From a phage, in the sequence record PX418922.1: a stretch of DNA of 64,000 nucleotides. One strand, written 5' to 3'. Made by a program: the position numbers and the translations under genes. A model generated the notes under the pieces. That model was given only the letters and a program-made list of their open reading frames with translations. It did not search any database and had not been told where the DNA came from. The stretch's first letter is position 1. Each line of letters starts with the position of its first letter. Below, one piece after another: positions 42,353 to 51,699 of this stretch.

Positions 42353-42925
42353 TCAAATTATTAACGAAACCGCATGACTAAATCTTGGTTCAGATATAAC
42401 CTCTGCTACAGTCACATATGTATCGTGCAGCCAAAAAGATTCTACTCTACAAACACAAATACCGTTGATAATGAAATCTACACAGGCTTTATTATTTTCG
42501 CACACTTGTTGACTATAAACAACCCCTAAAGAGTCATAAAGTGATCTCACTGTTGCTACCATTTCATCTGTTTCGTCTTCCTGTGAAACAAAGAAAACGA
42601 ATACAGACAAGTTATTAGCGAAAGTATTGCTATTCTCTACTTCAACCGACTTACAAGGTAAAAAGGAGTAATATTTACCGTTAGGTATCAATTTCGCCTC
42701 AACCTGGTTAAGTATGCTTTGAGATGGTTTTGTTACATAAAAAAGATTTTCTGTTGGGTTTTCAACATTGCTCCTTACTATGCAACGAGTGGGGTTCGAA
42801 GGATCAAAAACATGATCGAAATCGACACACACAGGTAAGTTAACAACTTTAAACTTTTTGCTAAGAATGCTTACTGCTGTAAAAATCAAACCAGCATTTA
42901 TTTTGCCAGTGAAAGTTGAACGCAT
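42353..42925 (-). CDS. hypothetical protein (190 aa)
   Basis: ATG 42925 with RBS GAGGAG; in-frame upstream ATG at 42943 also possible. Confidence 0.5.
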   Translation of the reverse strand: MRSTFTGKINAGLIFTAVSILSKKFKVVNLPVCVDFDHVFDPSNPTRCIVRSNVENPTENLFYVTKPSQSILNQVEAKLIPNGKYYSFLPCKSVEVENSNTFANNLSVFVFFVSQEDETDEMVATVRSLYDSLGVVYSQQVCENNKACVDFIINGICVCRVESFWLHDTYVTVAEVISEPRFSHAVSLII

Positions 42926-42939
42926 AACTACTCCTCGGA

Positions 42940-43134
42940 TCATTCTACCAAAGAGAATTCCGCCTCTTCCAGGTAGATTACAGACCTTGTTGCATGATAT
43001 TTAACGCTCCAGAAATTACCTTCGCGCCGTAAAAGTATCTCATTCACATCAAGATTGCTTAGAAAAACCATATAACTTAAAGCTTGTTGACGCGTTGAGA
43101 ATTGTTTCTCTAAAAGTTCTTCTCCGCTCTGCAT
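42940..43134 (-). CDS. hypothetical protein (64 aa)
   Basis: Minus-strand ORF. Confidence 0.45.
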   Translation of the reverse strand: MQSGEELLEKQFSTRQQALSYMVFLSNLDVNEILLRREGNFWSVKYHATRSVIYLEEAEFSLVE

Positions 43135-43180
43135 AATCCCTCCTTAAAGATACTCCCTCCGAAAAGGGAGTATAAGTATA

Positions 43181-43384
43181 TCACGTAGTTGTTATGTTGT
43201 CTTCTTGGATACTAGAATCCACTTCTGCAAACATATCTTCTGCACTGTAATTATTTCCAGTCCAGCGTGATAAAAGGATAGCACCAATCTCTTTTGCATG
43301 AGATTCGGACTCCGCATAAACGTTAGTCCCAGTGTCACCTTTTTTCTTTTCATGTGCATAAATGCAGTAATAATTGTAAGCCAT
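43181..43384 (-). CDS. hypothetical protein (67 aa)
   Basis: Minus-strand ORF. Confidence 0.45.
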   Translation of the reverse strand: MAYNYYCIYAHEKKKGDTGTNVYAESESHAKEIGAILLSRWTGNNYSAEDMFAEVDSSIQEDNITTT

Positions 43385-43620
43385 TAATCTTCCCAGTCAT
43401 TGCCCTCGGTAGAGTGAACTAAAGCTCGCACGATACCACCGTAATCTACTGCCTGATTTGCAGCATGTTCGGCATAAACTTCAATGGCTTTTTTGAAGAA
43501 AAGAGCAGTAGCTGCTTCAATATTATCCATTTCGCCATCTACGTCAGTAGAAAGTGAAAGGTTGAGGCTTTCATCTACTTCATCAAAATCAATAGCCACT
43601 GTCATAATTAGTTTACCCAT
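43384..43620 (-). CDS. hypothetical acidic protein (78 aa)
   Basis: Minus-strand ORF; overlaps downstream start by 1 nt. Confidence 0.5.
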   Translation of the reverse strand: MGKLIMTVAIDFDEVDESLNLSLSTDVDGEMDNIEAATALFFKKAIEVYAEHAANQAVDYGGIVRALVHSTEGNDWED

Positions 43621-43632
43621 AGTTCACACTCC

Positions 43633-44142
43633 TTAAACAAAATAAAATGGTTGAGAGAGGCCCAAACGATTCTTTGGGTCGTATACATACCAAGCGTATG
43701 CTGTCTTATCTGTTCCACCTGCAACAAACGAAGGCCGTTCTGAAAGGACTATAAGGTTTGTTGGTGGATTCTTTTGATGGAACTCTCGTCGTTTCTTTGA
43801 CTCCAAGAAGCCCAACCGAAGAAGATAAATACAAACATCCGCCTCTTTTAAGCTCTTTTCCAAGAACTCCATTGCCAACTTAAATGGAGGATTTGTGATT
43901 ATAATGTCGGGACGATTTTCCCATTCATGACTAAAATAATCTTTACCTTCTTCAAGTTCGCAATATTCTGAACCTTCAGGAAAATGGCGATAAATCGCTT
44001 CAGCTTCACCTCTGCAAGGTTCTGCAAAAACCCAACCTTCTTCCTTTAGATTTTTGAAATCTATAACACTAAACAAACTATTGATTGCTTTTTGCGGTGT
44101 CGGATAATAATCGCTCGTTGGGCGATCATAATCTAATGCCAT
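43633..44142 (-). CDS. DNA N6-adenine methyltransferase (small phage Dam-like)
   Basis: Catalytic DIIITNPPF (NPPF) motif and N-terminal YYPTPQKAINSL. Confidence 0.7.
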   Translation of the reverse strand: MALDYDRPTSDYYPTPQKAINSLFSVIDFKNLKEEGWVFAEPCRGEAEAIYRHFPEGSEYCELEEGKDYFSHEWENRPDIIITNPPFKLAMEFLEKSLKEADVCIYLLRLGFLESKKRREFHQKNPPTNLIVLSERPSFVAGGTDKTAYAWYVYDPKNRLGLSQPFYFV

Positions 44143-44560
44143 CTAAAATCTCCTCTTTTGTAATATTATCCAACTCTTTAAAGGATGAAATCTCGTTTAA
44201 TAATCCTATTTGATCAGCCTCTAGAGGATAAGTGTTTTTATCTGTTTTTCTAGACAGAATATCTTCAACAAACTTATCAATAGCCAAAGAAGAATCATAA
44301 AATTTTAAAAGTTGGTAATCCATAGGAGATATTTTGTCATCTCTTAGAAATATTTCTAACATGTTTTCAGGAGTATCGTGGTTTAGTTTATGTTCACCAA
44401 AAATATTAACTTCGTAAACATCTTTGCCAAACCAACGTTTTTTCTTTTCAACAGTATAGGTTTTTGCCACCAGACCATCTAAACAGTTTCTTGCCCTCTT
44501 ACATGTTTGACGGTAAGAGTGGATAGCGCCTTCAACAAACTTAGCAGGAACTTGTAACAT
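44126..44560 (-). CDS. hypothetical protein (144 aa)
   Basis: RBS AGGAG before ATG 44560. Confidence 0.5.
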   Translation of the reverse strand: MLQVPAKFVEGAIHSYRQTCKRARNCLDGLVAKTYTVEKKKRWFGKDVYEVNIFGEHKLNHDTPENMLEIFLRDDKISPMDYQLLKFYDSSLAIDKFVEDILSRKTDKNTYPLEADQIGLLNEISSFKELDNITKEEILDGIRL

Positions 44561-44584
44561 TATTAATCTCCTATGTTTAAGAAA

Positions 44585-44600
44585 TGCCCCCGAAGGGGCA
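44585..44600 (-). terminator. CUUCGG-type hairpin terminator, minus strand
   Basis: Minus-strand TGCCCC-TTCG-GGGGCA followed by TTTCTT. Confidence 0.55.
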
Positions 44601-44605
44601 GTTTG

Positions 44606-45298
44606 TTAAATAGCGGTTCCTTCGAAATCCGCCACATTTACGAGATTAATATTTTCAGATTTAGAAGTCAAGTTGTTTTCTGCAACAGATTTTTCTTCAG
44701 TATCCGCCTCGTTACCTGCCACGTTACGAGGTTCTTCTTCACCGTAGGGATTACCGAATTTCAAAAGATTGATCAATTCTTCTTTGGAGAAGTTTTCTAA
44801 ATCATCGTCTGTTAATTCAATAATCTCGTCTTGTTCTTCAATAAATGTTTCACCACCAGAAAAAGCATCTCGCTTTTTAGCTACTTCCATAGCCTGTTCT
44901 GGTGTTGCCCCTGCATCAAGAGCAGCTAAAGCAAAGTCTGACCCACTTCCTACCGCATAATATTCTTCATCAATCGGATATGCACGTGTTGGGTTGTTAC
45001 CTTCGTGCAGGAAAATACGTCCGTCTGGATGAACAACAAGTGCAATAAACTCTTCATCTTCTTTATCTGGATCAGAGTGAATCATCAAACCAGGGACAGC
45101 ATCACGTGCTGCTTCGCACTGTAGATTTTGTTCAAACCATTGAAAGAAAGAAAGCACGGAGGTCAGACGACCAGCACCACCTACAAGGTAATCTCCAATT
45201 TTTCGGACCTTTTTGAAATTAATAGAATCTACACGTCCACCAAAAGTTACCTTACCATCACTCAAAATCTTATTTTTGGTTGCAATAATTGTCGTCAC
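44606..45298 (-). CDS. HslV-like Ntn-hydrolase peptidase with acidic C-terminal extension
   Basis: N-terminal MTTIIATKN (Thr nucleophile after Met), GG..D motif, YAVGSGSDFALAALDAG resemble HslV/ClpQ; ~50-aa acidic tail. Confidence 0.7.
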   Translation of the reverse strand: MTTIIATKNKILSDGKVTFGGRVDSINFKKVRKIGDYLVGGAGRLTSVLSFFQWFEQNLQCEAARDAVPGLMIHSDPDKEDEEFIALVVHPDGRIFLHEGNNPTRAYPIDEEYYAVGSGSDFALAALDAGATPEQAMEVAKKRDAFSGGETFIEEQDEIIELTDDDLENFSKEELINLLKFGNPYGEEEPRNVAGNEADTEEKSVAENNLTSKSENINLVNVADFEGTAI

Positions 45299-45801
45299 TA
45301 TTCTTCCTCCTCTGTTAATGTTTTAAGAACCGCTTTCCCACCATTCACATATTTGCAGATGTATTCTATCGCACGTAGTGTCTCTTTGTCAACAAAAATT
45401 TGATCAGACGTTGCGAGCGGGTTATTAAGAAGATCACTGCAATCACGAACAAGCAGTGCTTTCTTATTAAACAAATTACTTAAGAACAGTAACTTCGCCT
45501 CTTCTTCTGTTATGTGCAGAAGGCTAGGATCGGAGCCAGCTATTCCTATTATACAATCAAACAAGCTTTCTTTACTATCAGAAAGTTCTTGAAAATGGTT
45601 TAAAAGCCAATCTTCTCCTAGACACCAACATTTAAACATTTCCAGTTTATCTCGGAGGGTCATATTCTCTAAAGTAAGAGCAATCTCTTTTTCAATATGG
45701 TTTACACAAATTTGACGAAATTCGTTAGGTTTTACGAGTCCCGTTTGATAGCACTCATCTATACCGCTTCTTCCGATAGCTATTGTTGCTACACCCATCA
45801 A
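45298..45801 (-). CDS. hypothetical protein (167 aa)
   Basis: Minus-strand ORF immediately upstream of HslV-like gene. Confidence 0.5.
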   Translation of the reverse strand: MMGVATIAIGRSGIDECYQTGLVKPNEFRQICVNHIEKEIALTLENMTLRDKLEMFKCWCLGEDWLLNHFQELSDSKESLFDCIIGIAGSDPSLLHITEEEAKLLFLSNLFNKKALLVRDCSDLLNNPLATSDQIFVDKETLRAIEYICKYVNGGKAVLKTLTEEEE

Positions 45802-45833
45802 TCCTCCTTATAAATGGCTTCCCTGCCATGTTA

Positions 45834-46592
45834 TTAAATAAACACTTCAGTAATCAGTTTAGACAAACGTCCACGTTTATTATCGTCCGTTGTCAGTTCA
45901 ACGTATCCAATAAAATCTACAATTGGCTCACGAACACCTTCTTCATTTTCTGGATATAAAAGTTCCAAAATTTGATGCAGACCATTGCTACGTTTTTTAA
46001 TTGCATATGTCTGGCGAACATCGCCTAATACAATAACATGCGTATTAATACCTGCACGTTCAATAAGAAGTTTAAGTGTTTCTGTTGACATAAGTTGTGC
46101 TTCGTCAATAATGACGATTGTATTATCCAGGGTGGCCCCCAACAAATAGTTAGGAATATTCAATTCGATCTTACCTGATCCAATATCGTTTTCCAATTTG
46201 TTGGCTGTCATGAATTGCTGGAAAATACGTTTTGTAGATTCATAGTGTGCTGCTAGTTTATCTGTTTTATCCCCAGACAAGAAACCAATCTGGTCATCTC
46301 CGACTTCAGTAGGGTTCTTGATAAAAAGTAGTTTACGGAAGTCTCCTGAACGAAGCATCTGCAAAGCTTTCCATAAAGCAACAGAGGTTTTACCAGTCCC
46401 TGCCGGAGCATTTACAACAGTCAGATCATTCCAGATCATGCTTTGAACAATCTTATTTTGGTCCCCTTCAGGCATAAATTCATCTAAACGGTAATCGTCA
46501 TTACCTACCGCTTTTGCTGCATAACGGCTTTCAATCTTTGCTGAATTAGCCAATTTCTGCCGTTGTGTTTTAGCTGCGGTTTTATTTCCCAT
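45834..46592 (-). CDS. phoH: PhoH-like ATPase
   Basis: Walker A GTGKTSVA, Walker B IVIIDEAQ; start ATG 46592 with RBS AAGGAG (ORF-track start 46643 lies in terminator). Confidence 0.8.
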   Translation of the reverse strand: MGNKTAAKTQRQKLANSAKIESRYAAKAVGNDDYRLDEFMPEGDQNKIVQSMIWNDLTVVNAPAGTGKTSVALWKALQMLRSGDFRKLLFIKNPTEVGDDQIGFLSGDKTDKLAAHYESTKRIFQQFMTANKLENDIGSGKIELNIPNYLLGATLDNTIVIIDEAQLMSTETLKLLIERAGINTHVIVLGDVRQTYAIKKRSNGLHQILELLYPENEEGVREPIVDFIGYVELTTDDNKRGRLSKLITEVFI

Positions 46593-46609
46593 AGTAGCAC
46601 TCCTTTTAG

Positions 46610-46627
46610 AAGGGGCCGAAGCCCCTT
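46610..46627 (-). terminator. GGGGCUUCGGCCCC hairpin terminator, minus strand
   Basis: Minus-strand AAGGGGC-TTCG-GCCCCTT right after lysozyme stop. Confidence 0.55.
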
Positions 46628-46629
46628 TA

Positions 46630-47130
46630 TTAGTTGTAAGCATCTAAAGTTCCAGAAGTCAGAACTTTAATTACTCGTTCAGCACGGTTTGGCGTCTGGC
46701 TATACCATCGGCTTTTACGCATGTTTTTACCTGCTTGAGTATAATATGCATTGCTGATTAAAGTCAAGCTATTTTGAAACCCTTCAGCACCTTTTAACCC
46801 CAACTGGAAAACCATGTTGATTATTCCCAATTTACGAGTATCACTAACCTTATCATAGATTGGTGATAAGATAGCACTGTTTTTTATGTCTCTCTTCACT
46901 TTTGCAACATCGTCAGCAAAGATTTGACGGGCTTCTTTTTCTGTGATAACTCCATTAGTCTTACGACCAAGAAGATTATCTAAGATTTGAATAGCCTTTG
47001 CTTTATCTTTTATTTTAGTCAGAAGGTGTCCTATGCCGACTGTCCAATAACCAAGATGGTCTTGATAAACAGTAAGCTTCAGTCCTTCATCGACTCGTAG
47101 CATATCAAACTCATCTACTACTTTAGCCAT
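46630..47130 (-). CDS. e: T4-type lysozyme (endolysin, muramidase)
   Basis: Strong similarity to T4 lysozyme: MLRVDEGLKL..Y.D..GYWTVGIGHLLTK, catalytic Glu/Asp context, INMVFQLG, KSRWYSQTPNRAERVI. Confidence 0.85.
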   Translation of the reverse strand: MAKVVDEFDMLRVDEGLKLTVYQDHLGYWTVGIGHLLTKIKDKAKAIQILDNLLGRKTNGVITEKEARQIFADDVAKVKRDIKNSAILSPIYDKVSDTRKLGIINMVFQLGLKGAEGFQNSLTLISNAYYTQAGKNMRKSRWYSQTPNRAERVIKVLTSGTLDAYN

Positions 47131-47137
47131 TTACTTC

Positions 47138-47287
47138 CTATTCGTCGTCTCCTACTCCGTGATCCAACTCGTTAAACAACAGATGTTCTGGAGAAGTTTC
47201 ACGTTTTGGTTTCGTTTTCTTTATGTTGGACTTCAGCTCATTTGCCAAAGCACGAGAAAAGATCTTACGTTTCTGTTTACTTTTCAT
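47138..47287 (-). CDS. small basic protein (49 aa)
   Basis: ATG 47287 with RBS GGAG; Lys/Arg-rich; below ORF-track cutoff. Confidence 0.4.
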   Translation of the reverse strand: MKSKQKRKIFSRALANELKSNIKKTKPKRETSPEHLLFNELDHGVGDDE

Positions 47288-47292
47288 AATTG

Positions 47293-47553
47293 TTACTCCG
47301 CAATTTGAGCCATGAGATCACGCAGTTCGGTAAAACCGCCTACGTATGTTACCTCCCCGTTCACTTCAGACAGAATTTGTGGAAATGTGCGTGGAGGAAC
47401 TCCGGTAAGATCAACAACTGTTTTAGTCATTGATTCTAAATCATAGTCTTGATCAAGACTTAAATATTCAAACTGTTTATTGCGCATGGTTAATAGTTGT
47501 TTTGACATTTCACAAAATTGACAGTTAGGTTTACCAAAAATTACAAATTCCAT
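47293..47553 (-). CDS. glutaredoxin/NrdH-like redoxin
   Basis: CQFC active-site motif in GKPNCQFCE context, thioredoxin-fold size (86 aa); RBS AAGGAG. Confidence 0.75.
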   Translation of the reverse strand: MEFVIFGKPNCQFCEMSKQLLTMRNKQFEYLSLDQDYDLESMTKTVVDLTGVPPRTFPQILSEVNGEVTYVGGFTELRDLMAQIAE

Positions 47554-48395
47554 TACCTCTCCTTATTAAGTAATACTGCTAAAGACTGTTCAATACCTTT
47601 ATTTAAATCTGATTTTGTAAGATAGTGACTGGTTACTAGTTGTGACTTCACCGGACGTGCTGCTGGAGCATTATAGGTTGAAGCTGATACCGCCGATATC
47701 TTAACAGGTTCTGGCATCTGTGTCAAGATCTTTTCCGCAAACTCCGCCCAAGAAATAAGATGGCTTCCTGCAAAATGGTAAGTCTTAACAGACCTTGACC
47801 AACCTGTTTTTAATACTTCAAAAATAGCTTCTGCTAAATCTGGAGCATATGTTGGACAAGAGAACTGATCAGCAACAATAATAAAATCACGTTGTCCATC
47901 ATTATAGCGAGACAACATGGTTTTTAGAAAGTTATTTCCAAATTCGCTATATACCGAGGCTGTTCGAATAATATATGCATTTGGGTTAACTCCTCGCACC
48001 ATTTTTTCACCAAGTTCTTTCGTATACCCATAATTGTTTATTGGGTTAGGTGTAGTATCTTCAAAAATAGGATGAGAATAATTAAAAATATAGTCTGTAG
48101 AAATATGCACAAAATCAATTTTAAGTTTGCTGCACACTGCCGCAATATTTGCAGGTCCATACGCATTAACAGCCAAAGCAGTAGCAAAATCATGTTCTGC
48201 TTTATCTACAGCCGTATAAGCGGCGCAATTAATAACACCATCTACATAATCTTCAATAATAGCGTTTCGCACAGCTTCAAAATTTGTAATATCTACACGT
48301 TCTTTAGGATAAATTAAAGATACATTTGAAGGAGCCACTTTACGTAAAGCTTGTCCCAGTTGTCCATTACCGCCCAATACCAGATATGTTAGCAT
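47553..48395 (-). CDS. rmlD: dTDP-4-dehydrorhamnose reductase
   Basis: N-terminal LVLGGNGQLGQAL Rossmann motif and overall RmlD-like sequence; last gene of rmlBACD block. Confidence 0.8.
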   Translation of the reverse strand: MLTYLVLGGNGQLGQALRKVAPSNVSLIYPKERVDITNFEAVRNAIIEDYVDGVINCAAYTAVDKAEHDFATALAVNAYGPANIAAVCSKLKIDFVHISTDYIFNYSHPIFEDTTPNPINNYGYTKELGEKMVRGVNPNAYIIRTASVYSEFGNNFLKTMLSRYNDGQRDFIIVADQFSCPTYAPDLAEAIFEVLKTGWSRSVKTYHFAGSHLISWAEFAEKILTQMPEPVKISAVSASTYNAPAARPVKSQLVTSHYLTKSDLNKGIEQSLAVLLNKER

Positions 48396-48955
48396 ACACC
48401 CTCGCTACGTAACTGTTGAAAAGATTTAGCCATTGCATCTTTTGTTGATAGGATAGGTTTAAAACCTTCGTCAAAAATCATATCGAAGCCCCAATCGATC
48501 CCTATATCAGGATCATCCCAACGTAAACTTTGTTCACTAGAAGGGTCGTATGGAGTTGTGCATTTGTATTCAAAGATAGCATCCATACTCAAAACTATAA
48601 AACCATGAGCCAAACCAGGCGGAAGCCAAAACTGCGTATGGTGTCGTGCACGAAGAACAACACCGTCCCAAGCACCGTAAGTTGGACTATCTTTACGTAA
48701 ATCTACAGCGAAATCCAATACTTCCCCACTTACACAACGAACTAGCTTACCTTGCGGGTTATTTGTTTGAAAGTGCATTCCTCGCAAAACACCGAAGTTT
48801 GATTTAGACATGTTATCTTGAACGAAAGTTTGTCTACCAATAATATCTTCGTATTTTTGTTCATTATATGTTTCTAGAAAGAAACCACGATCATCTTTAT
48901 AAACGTCTGGTTTGATAATTACCGCACCTTCAATTTTTGTTTTTTCTACTTTCAT
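48389..48955 (-). CDS. rmlC: dTDP-4-dehydrorhamnose 3,5-epimerase
   Basis: RmlC-like DDRGFF..E and RGMHFQ motifs; ATG 48955 with RBS GGAGAG overlapping rmlA stop (ATGA). Confidence 0.8.
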   Translation of the reverse strand: MKVEKTKIEGAVIIKPDVYKDDRGFFLETYNEQKYEDIIGRQTFVQDNMSKSNFGVLRGMHFQTNNPQGKLVRCVSGEVLDFAVDLRKDSPTYGAWDGVVLRARHHTQFWLPPGLAHGFIVLSMDAIFEYKCTTPYDPSSEQSLRWDDPDIGIDWGFDMIFDEGFKPILSTKDAMAKSFQQLRSEGVC

Positions 48956-49830
48956 TTTCTCTCCGCTAATTTGAGTAGGTATTGCCCGTACTCTGTTTTC
49001 TTCAGTGAGTTTCCATGATACACCAAAGTCTCTAAAGAAATCCACCCTTTTTTGAAAGCAATTTCTTCCAGGCACGCAATCTTCAATCCTTGACGGTTCT
49101 CAATAGTCTGCACGAATTGACCAGCTTCCATCAGACTGGCGTGTGTTCCTGTGTCAAGCCAAGTAAATCCTCGTCCGAGAACTTCCACTTGTAACTTCCT
49201 GTCTTCTAGGTAGCTGCGATTGATATCAGTGATCTCCAGTTCTCCACGCGCGGAAGGGGTTACTTCTAATGCACGTTGAATAACAGAGTTATCATAGAAA
49301 TACAAACCTGTGACAGCATAATCTGATTTAGGATTTTCAGGTTTCTCTTCAATAGAAATAGCTTGACGATTACTCCCAAATTCAACCACACCGAATCGTT
49401 CAGGATCTTTCACCAAATACCCGAAGATACAAGCTCCACCCCAAACATCTACCATCTCACTAGCGTTAATCAGTAGTTTACCAAAGCTTTGTCCGAAGAA
49501 TAGGTTGTCACCTAAAATAAGAGCAACAGAGTCTTCTCCGATAAAATCTTTACCGATGATGAAAGCGTCAGCAAGACCTCGTGGCTCGGATTGGATTGCG
49601 TAAGTGAGTTTTATCCCAAACATAGATCCATCTCCGAGAAGATACTCAAAGTCTTCCTGATCGCCTGGTGTGGTGATGATTAAGATATCCTTAATATCAG
49701 CCAACATCAATACCGATAAAGGGTAGTAGATCATGGGTTTGTCATACACAGGGAGCAATTGCTTGCTCACACTGCGTGTTACCGGATGAAGGCGGGTTCC
49801 ACTTCCTCCCGCCAAAATAATACCTTTCAT
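48952..49830 (-). CDS. rmlA: glucose-1-phosphate thymidylyltransferase
   Basis: N-terminal [18 protein letters not shown] nucleotidyltransferase motif; RmlA-like throughout. Confidence 0.85.
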   Translation of the reverse strand: MKGIILAGGSGTRLHPVTRSVSKQLLPVYDKPMIYYPLSVLMLADIKDILIITTPGDQEDFEYLLGDGSMFGIKLTYAIQSEPRGLADAFIIGKDFIGEDSVALILGDNLFFGQSFGKLLINASEMVDVWGGACIFGYLVKDPERFGVVEFGSNRQAISIEEKPENPKSDYAVTGLYFYDNSVIQRALEVTPSARGELEITDINRSYLEDRKLQVEVLGRGFTWLDTGTHASLMEAGQFVQTIENRQGLKIACLEEIAFKKGWISLETLVYHGNSLKKTEYGQYLLKLAERK

Positions 49831-49838
49831 AACCCTCC

Positions 49839-50831
49839 TTAAATCTTCTCACTCCACCATTGAGGGTTGTTTAAGTACCATTCAATCGTTGAGTAGAGAT
49901 CTTGTTCAAATGTAGAGTTTGCACTCCAACCCAGTTCAGACTCTATTTTAGAAGGATTGATTTCATAACGCAAGTCATGTCCTTTACGATCTTCAACAAA
50001 AGTTATCAAGTTGGAAGAAGGGTAGGTTCCTGCTTCTGGATGTACAGCATCCATGTAGTCACAAACCATATAGATGATCTCCATATTGGTTTTGGGATTA
50101 CGTGTTCCAACATTATACGTTTGACCTGGTTCTCCACCTGTTGCCACTTGAAGAATAGCTCGCGCATGATCCTCAACAAAAAGCCAGTCTCGCACCTGAT
50201 CGCCTTTACCATACACCGGAATCTCTTTATTCGTCAAGATATTTGTGATGATTTTTGGGATCAGCTTTTCTGGATGTTGATAAGGTCCAAAGTTATTGGA
50301 GCAGTTGGTTATCACAACAGGTAAATCGTAGGTACGGTACCAAGCTTTCACAAGATGGTCAGATGCCGCCTTAGACGCACTGTATGGGCTTGAAGGGGCA
50401 TAAGCTGTCTCTTCGGTAAAAGGAACGCCAGAGTCTGCCATATCGCCGTACACTTCGTCTGTGGAGACGTGTACGAACATCTTCAGTTTATTTTTTGGGA
50501 GGAGCCTTGCAGCTTCCAATAAATTGTATGTACCAATAATATTGGAGTCAATGAAAACTCGTGGATTCTTGATAGAATTATCCACATGACTCTCTGCCGC
50601 TAAGTGAATGATGAAATCGGGATTGCACTCTACTACTAAACTTTTGACCTGGGTTTCGTTTGCCAAATCTGTTATGCTTAGTTTAACGTGAGTGATATCG
50701 CCTACATTCTCAATATCTGCTGCATAGCCCATCTTATCAACGACAAAAACTTCGTTATTAGGATCTTGACAAAGAGAGCGCACCACGGCACTCCCAATAA
50801 AACCAAGACCACCTGTTACCAGATAGCGCAT
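49839..50831 (-). CDS. rmlB: dTDP-glucose 4,6-dehydratase
   Basis: N-terminal [16 protein letters not shown]-binding motif; SDR catalytic YSASK. Confidence 0.85.
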   Translation of the reverse strand: MRYLVTGGLGFIGSAVVRSLCQDPNNEVFVVDKMGYAADIENVGDITHVKLSITDLANETQVKSLVVECNPDFIIHLAAESHVDNSIKNPRVFIDSNIIGTYNLLEAARLLPKNKLKMFVHVSTDEVYGDMADSGVPFTEETAYAPSSPYSASKAASDHLVKAWYRTYDLPVVITNCSNNFGPYQHPEKLIPKIITNILTNKEIPVYGKGDQVRDWLFVEDHARAILQVATGGEPGQTYNVGTRNPKTNMEIIYMVCDYMDAVHPEAGTYPSSNLITFVEDRKGHDLRYEINPSKIESELGWSANSTFEQDLYSTIEWYLNNPQWWSEKI

Positions 50832-50840
50832 CAGTTCTCC

Positions 50841-51167
50841 TTACCAGACATGTTGAGAAATAATAGTTTCCGTTTTAATGTTATATTTTTCAAGTAGCTT
50901 TGCATAGGCTTCTTTTGCATTCTCATTCAATTGCTCAAGATCTACAGCTATGCTTCCCTCTCCGCCTTCTAAATCAAGGCCATATATGCAATAAGACTCA
51001 TCCGCATCGTAGAAAGGAGAGATGCGGCTTAAGTCCAGACCTTCTTGTAAGAACCAGTTAAAATCTCCATCAAATTCTTCTTCAATTCTAGGATCTTCTC
51101 CTACAGCCTCTTCCCATTTATTAAAAGGTGCACCCTGTAACATACGCCATGCAATATCAACTCCCAC
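50841..51167 (-). CDS. hypothetical acidic protein (108 aa)
   Basis: GTG start; minus-strand ORF. Confidence 0.45.
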   Translation of the reverse strand: MGVDIAWRMLQGAPFNKWEEAVGEDPRIEEEFDGDFNWFLQEGLDLSRISPFYDADESYCIYGLDLEGGEGSIAVDLEQLNENAKEAYAKLLEKYNIKTETIISQHVW

Positions 51168-51303
51168 TATCTTCCTCCTCTTCTTTTTCTTCTGTATGAA
51201 CGAAACCTAAGCCGTTACAATTCCAACAAGGAATAAATTGTTCCATACTAACAATAAAATTCCCAGTGCCGCCGCAGATAGGACAAATACTTACATCATC
51301 CAT
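51166..51303 (-). CDS. zinc-ribbon small protein (45 aa)
   Basis: ATG 51303 with RBS GGAG; CPICGGTG..CWNCNG; acidic tail; below ORF-track cutoff. Confidence 0.4.
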
Positions 51304-51305
51304 TA

Positions 51306-51512
51306 TTAAAGCTCCTTAATCTTTTCTAACATCTGTTCTAACTCATTCTCTGTTAACAGAATTTCTGTGATACCATCATAAGTTTCTACCATCAGAGTAA
51401 AACATTTTTCCCCATCTGAACACACAAAAGCGCCACCTTCATCTTCTGTTAAGTCAGAATTAATATCTACATCACCAAAATCAATCATCTTTTTCTCCTT
51501 TGATAATTTCAA
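51306..51512 (-). CDS. hypothetical acidic protein (68 aa)
   Basis: Minus-strand ORF. Confidence 0.45.
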   Translation of the reverse strand: MKLSKEKKMIDFGDVDINSDLTEDEGGAFVCSDGEKCFTLMVETYDGITEILLTENELEQMLEKIKEL

Positions 51513-51699
51513 ACTTGGCTACACCATTAACTATAATGTGACCACAAGACATAACTCCTAGCCAAGGATCGCCGTTTTTCTTCAGGCGTTTACCGAATAC
51601 ATCACAAAAACCATTCTTCATTTCGGAGGCTTCATAAGAAGCCCCTTTATCAAAAACGTCTTTGAATGTGTCGATTATACCAACACATCTCAAAATCAT
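51481..51699 (-). CDS. hypothetical protein (72 aa)
   Basis: Minus-strand ORF abutting nrdB stop. Confidence 0.45.
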   Translation of the reverse strand: MILRCVGIIDTFKDVFDKGASYEASEMKNGFCDVFGKRLKKNGDPWLGVMSCGHIIVNGVAKFEIIKGEKDD

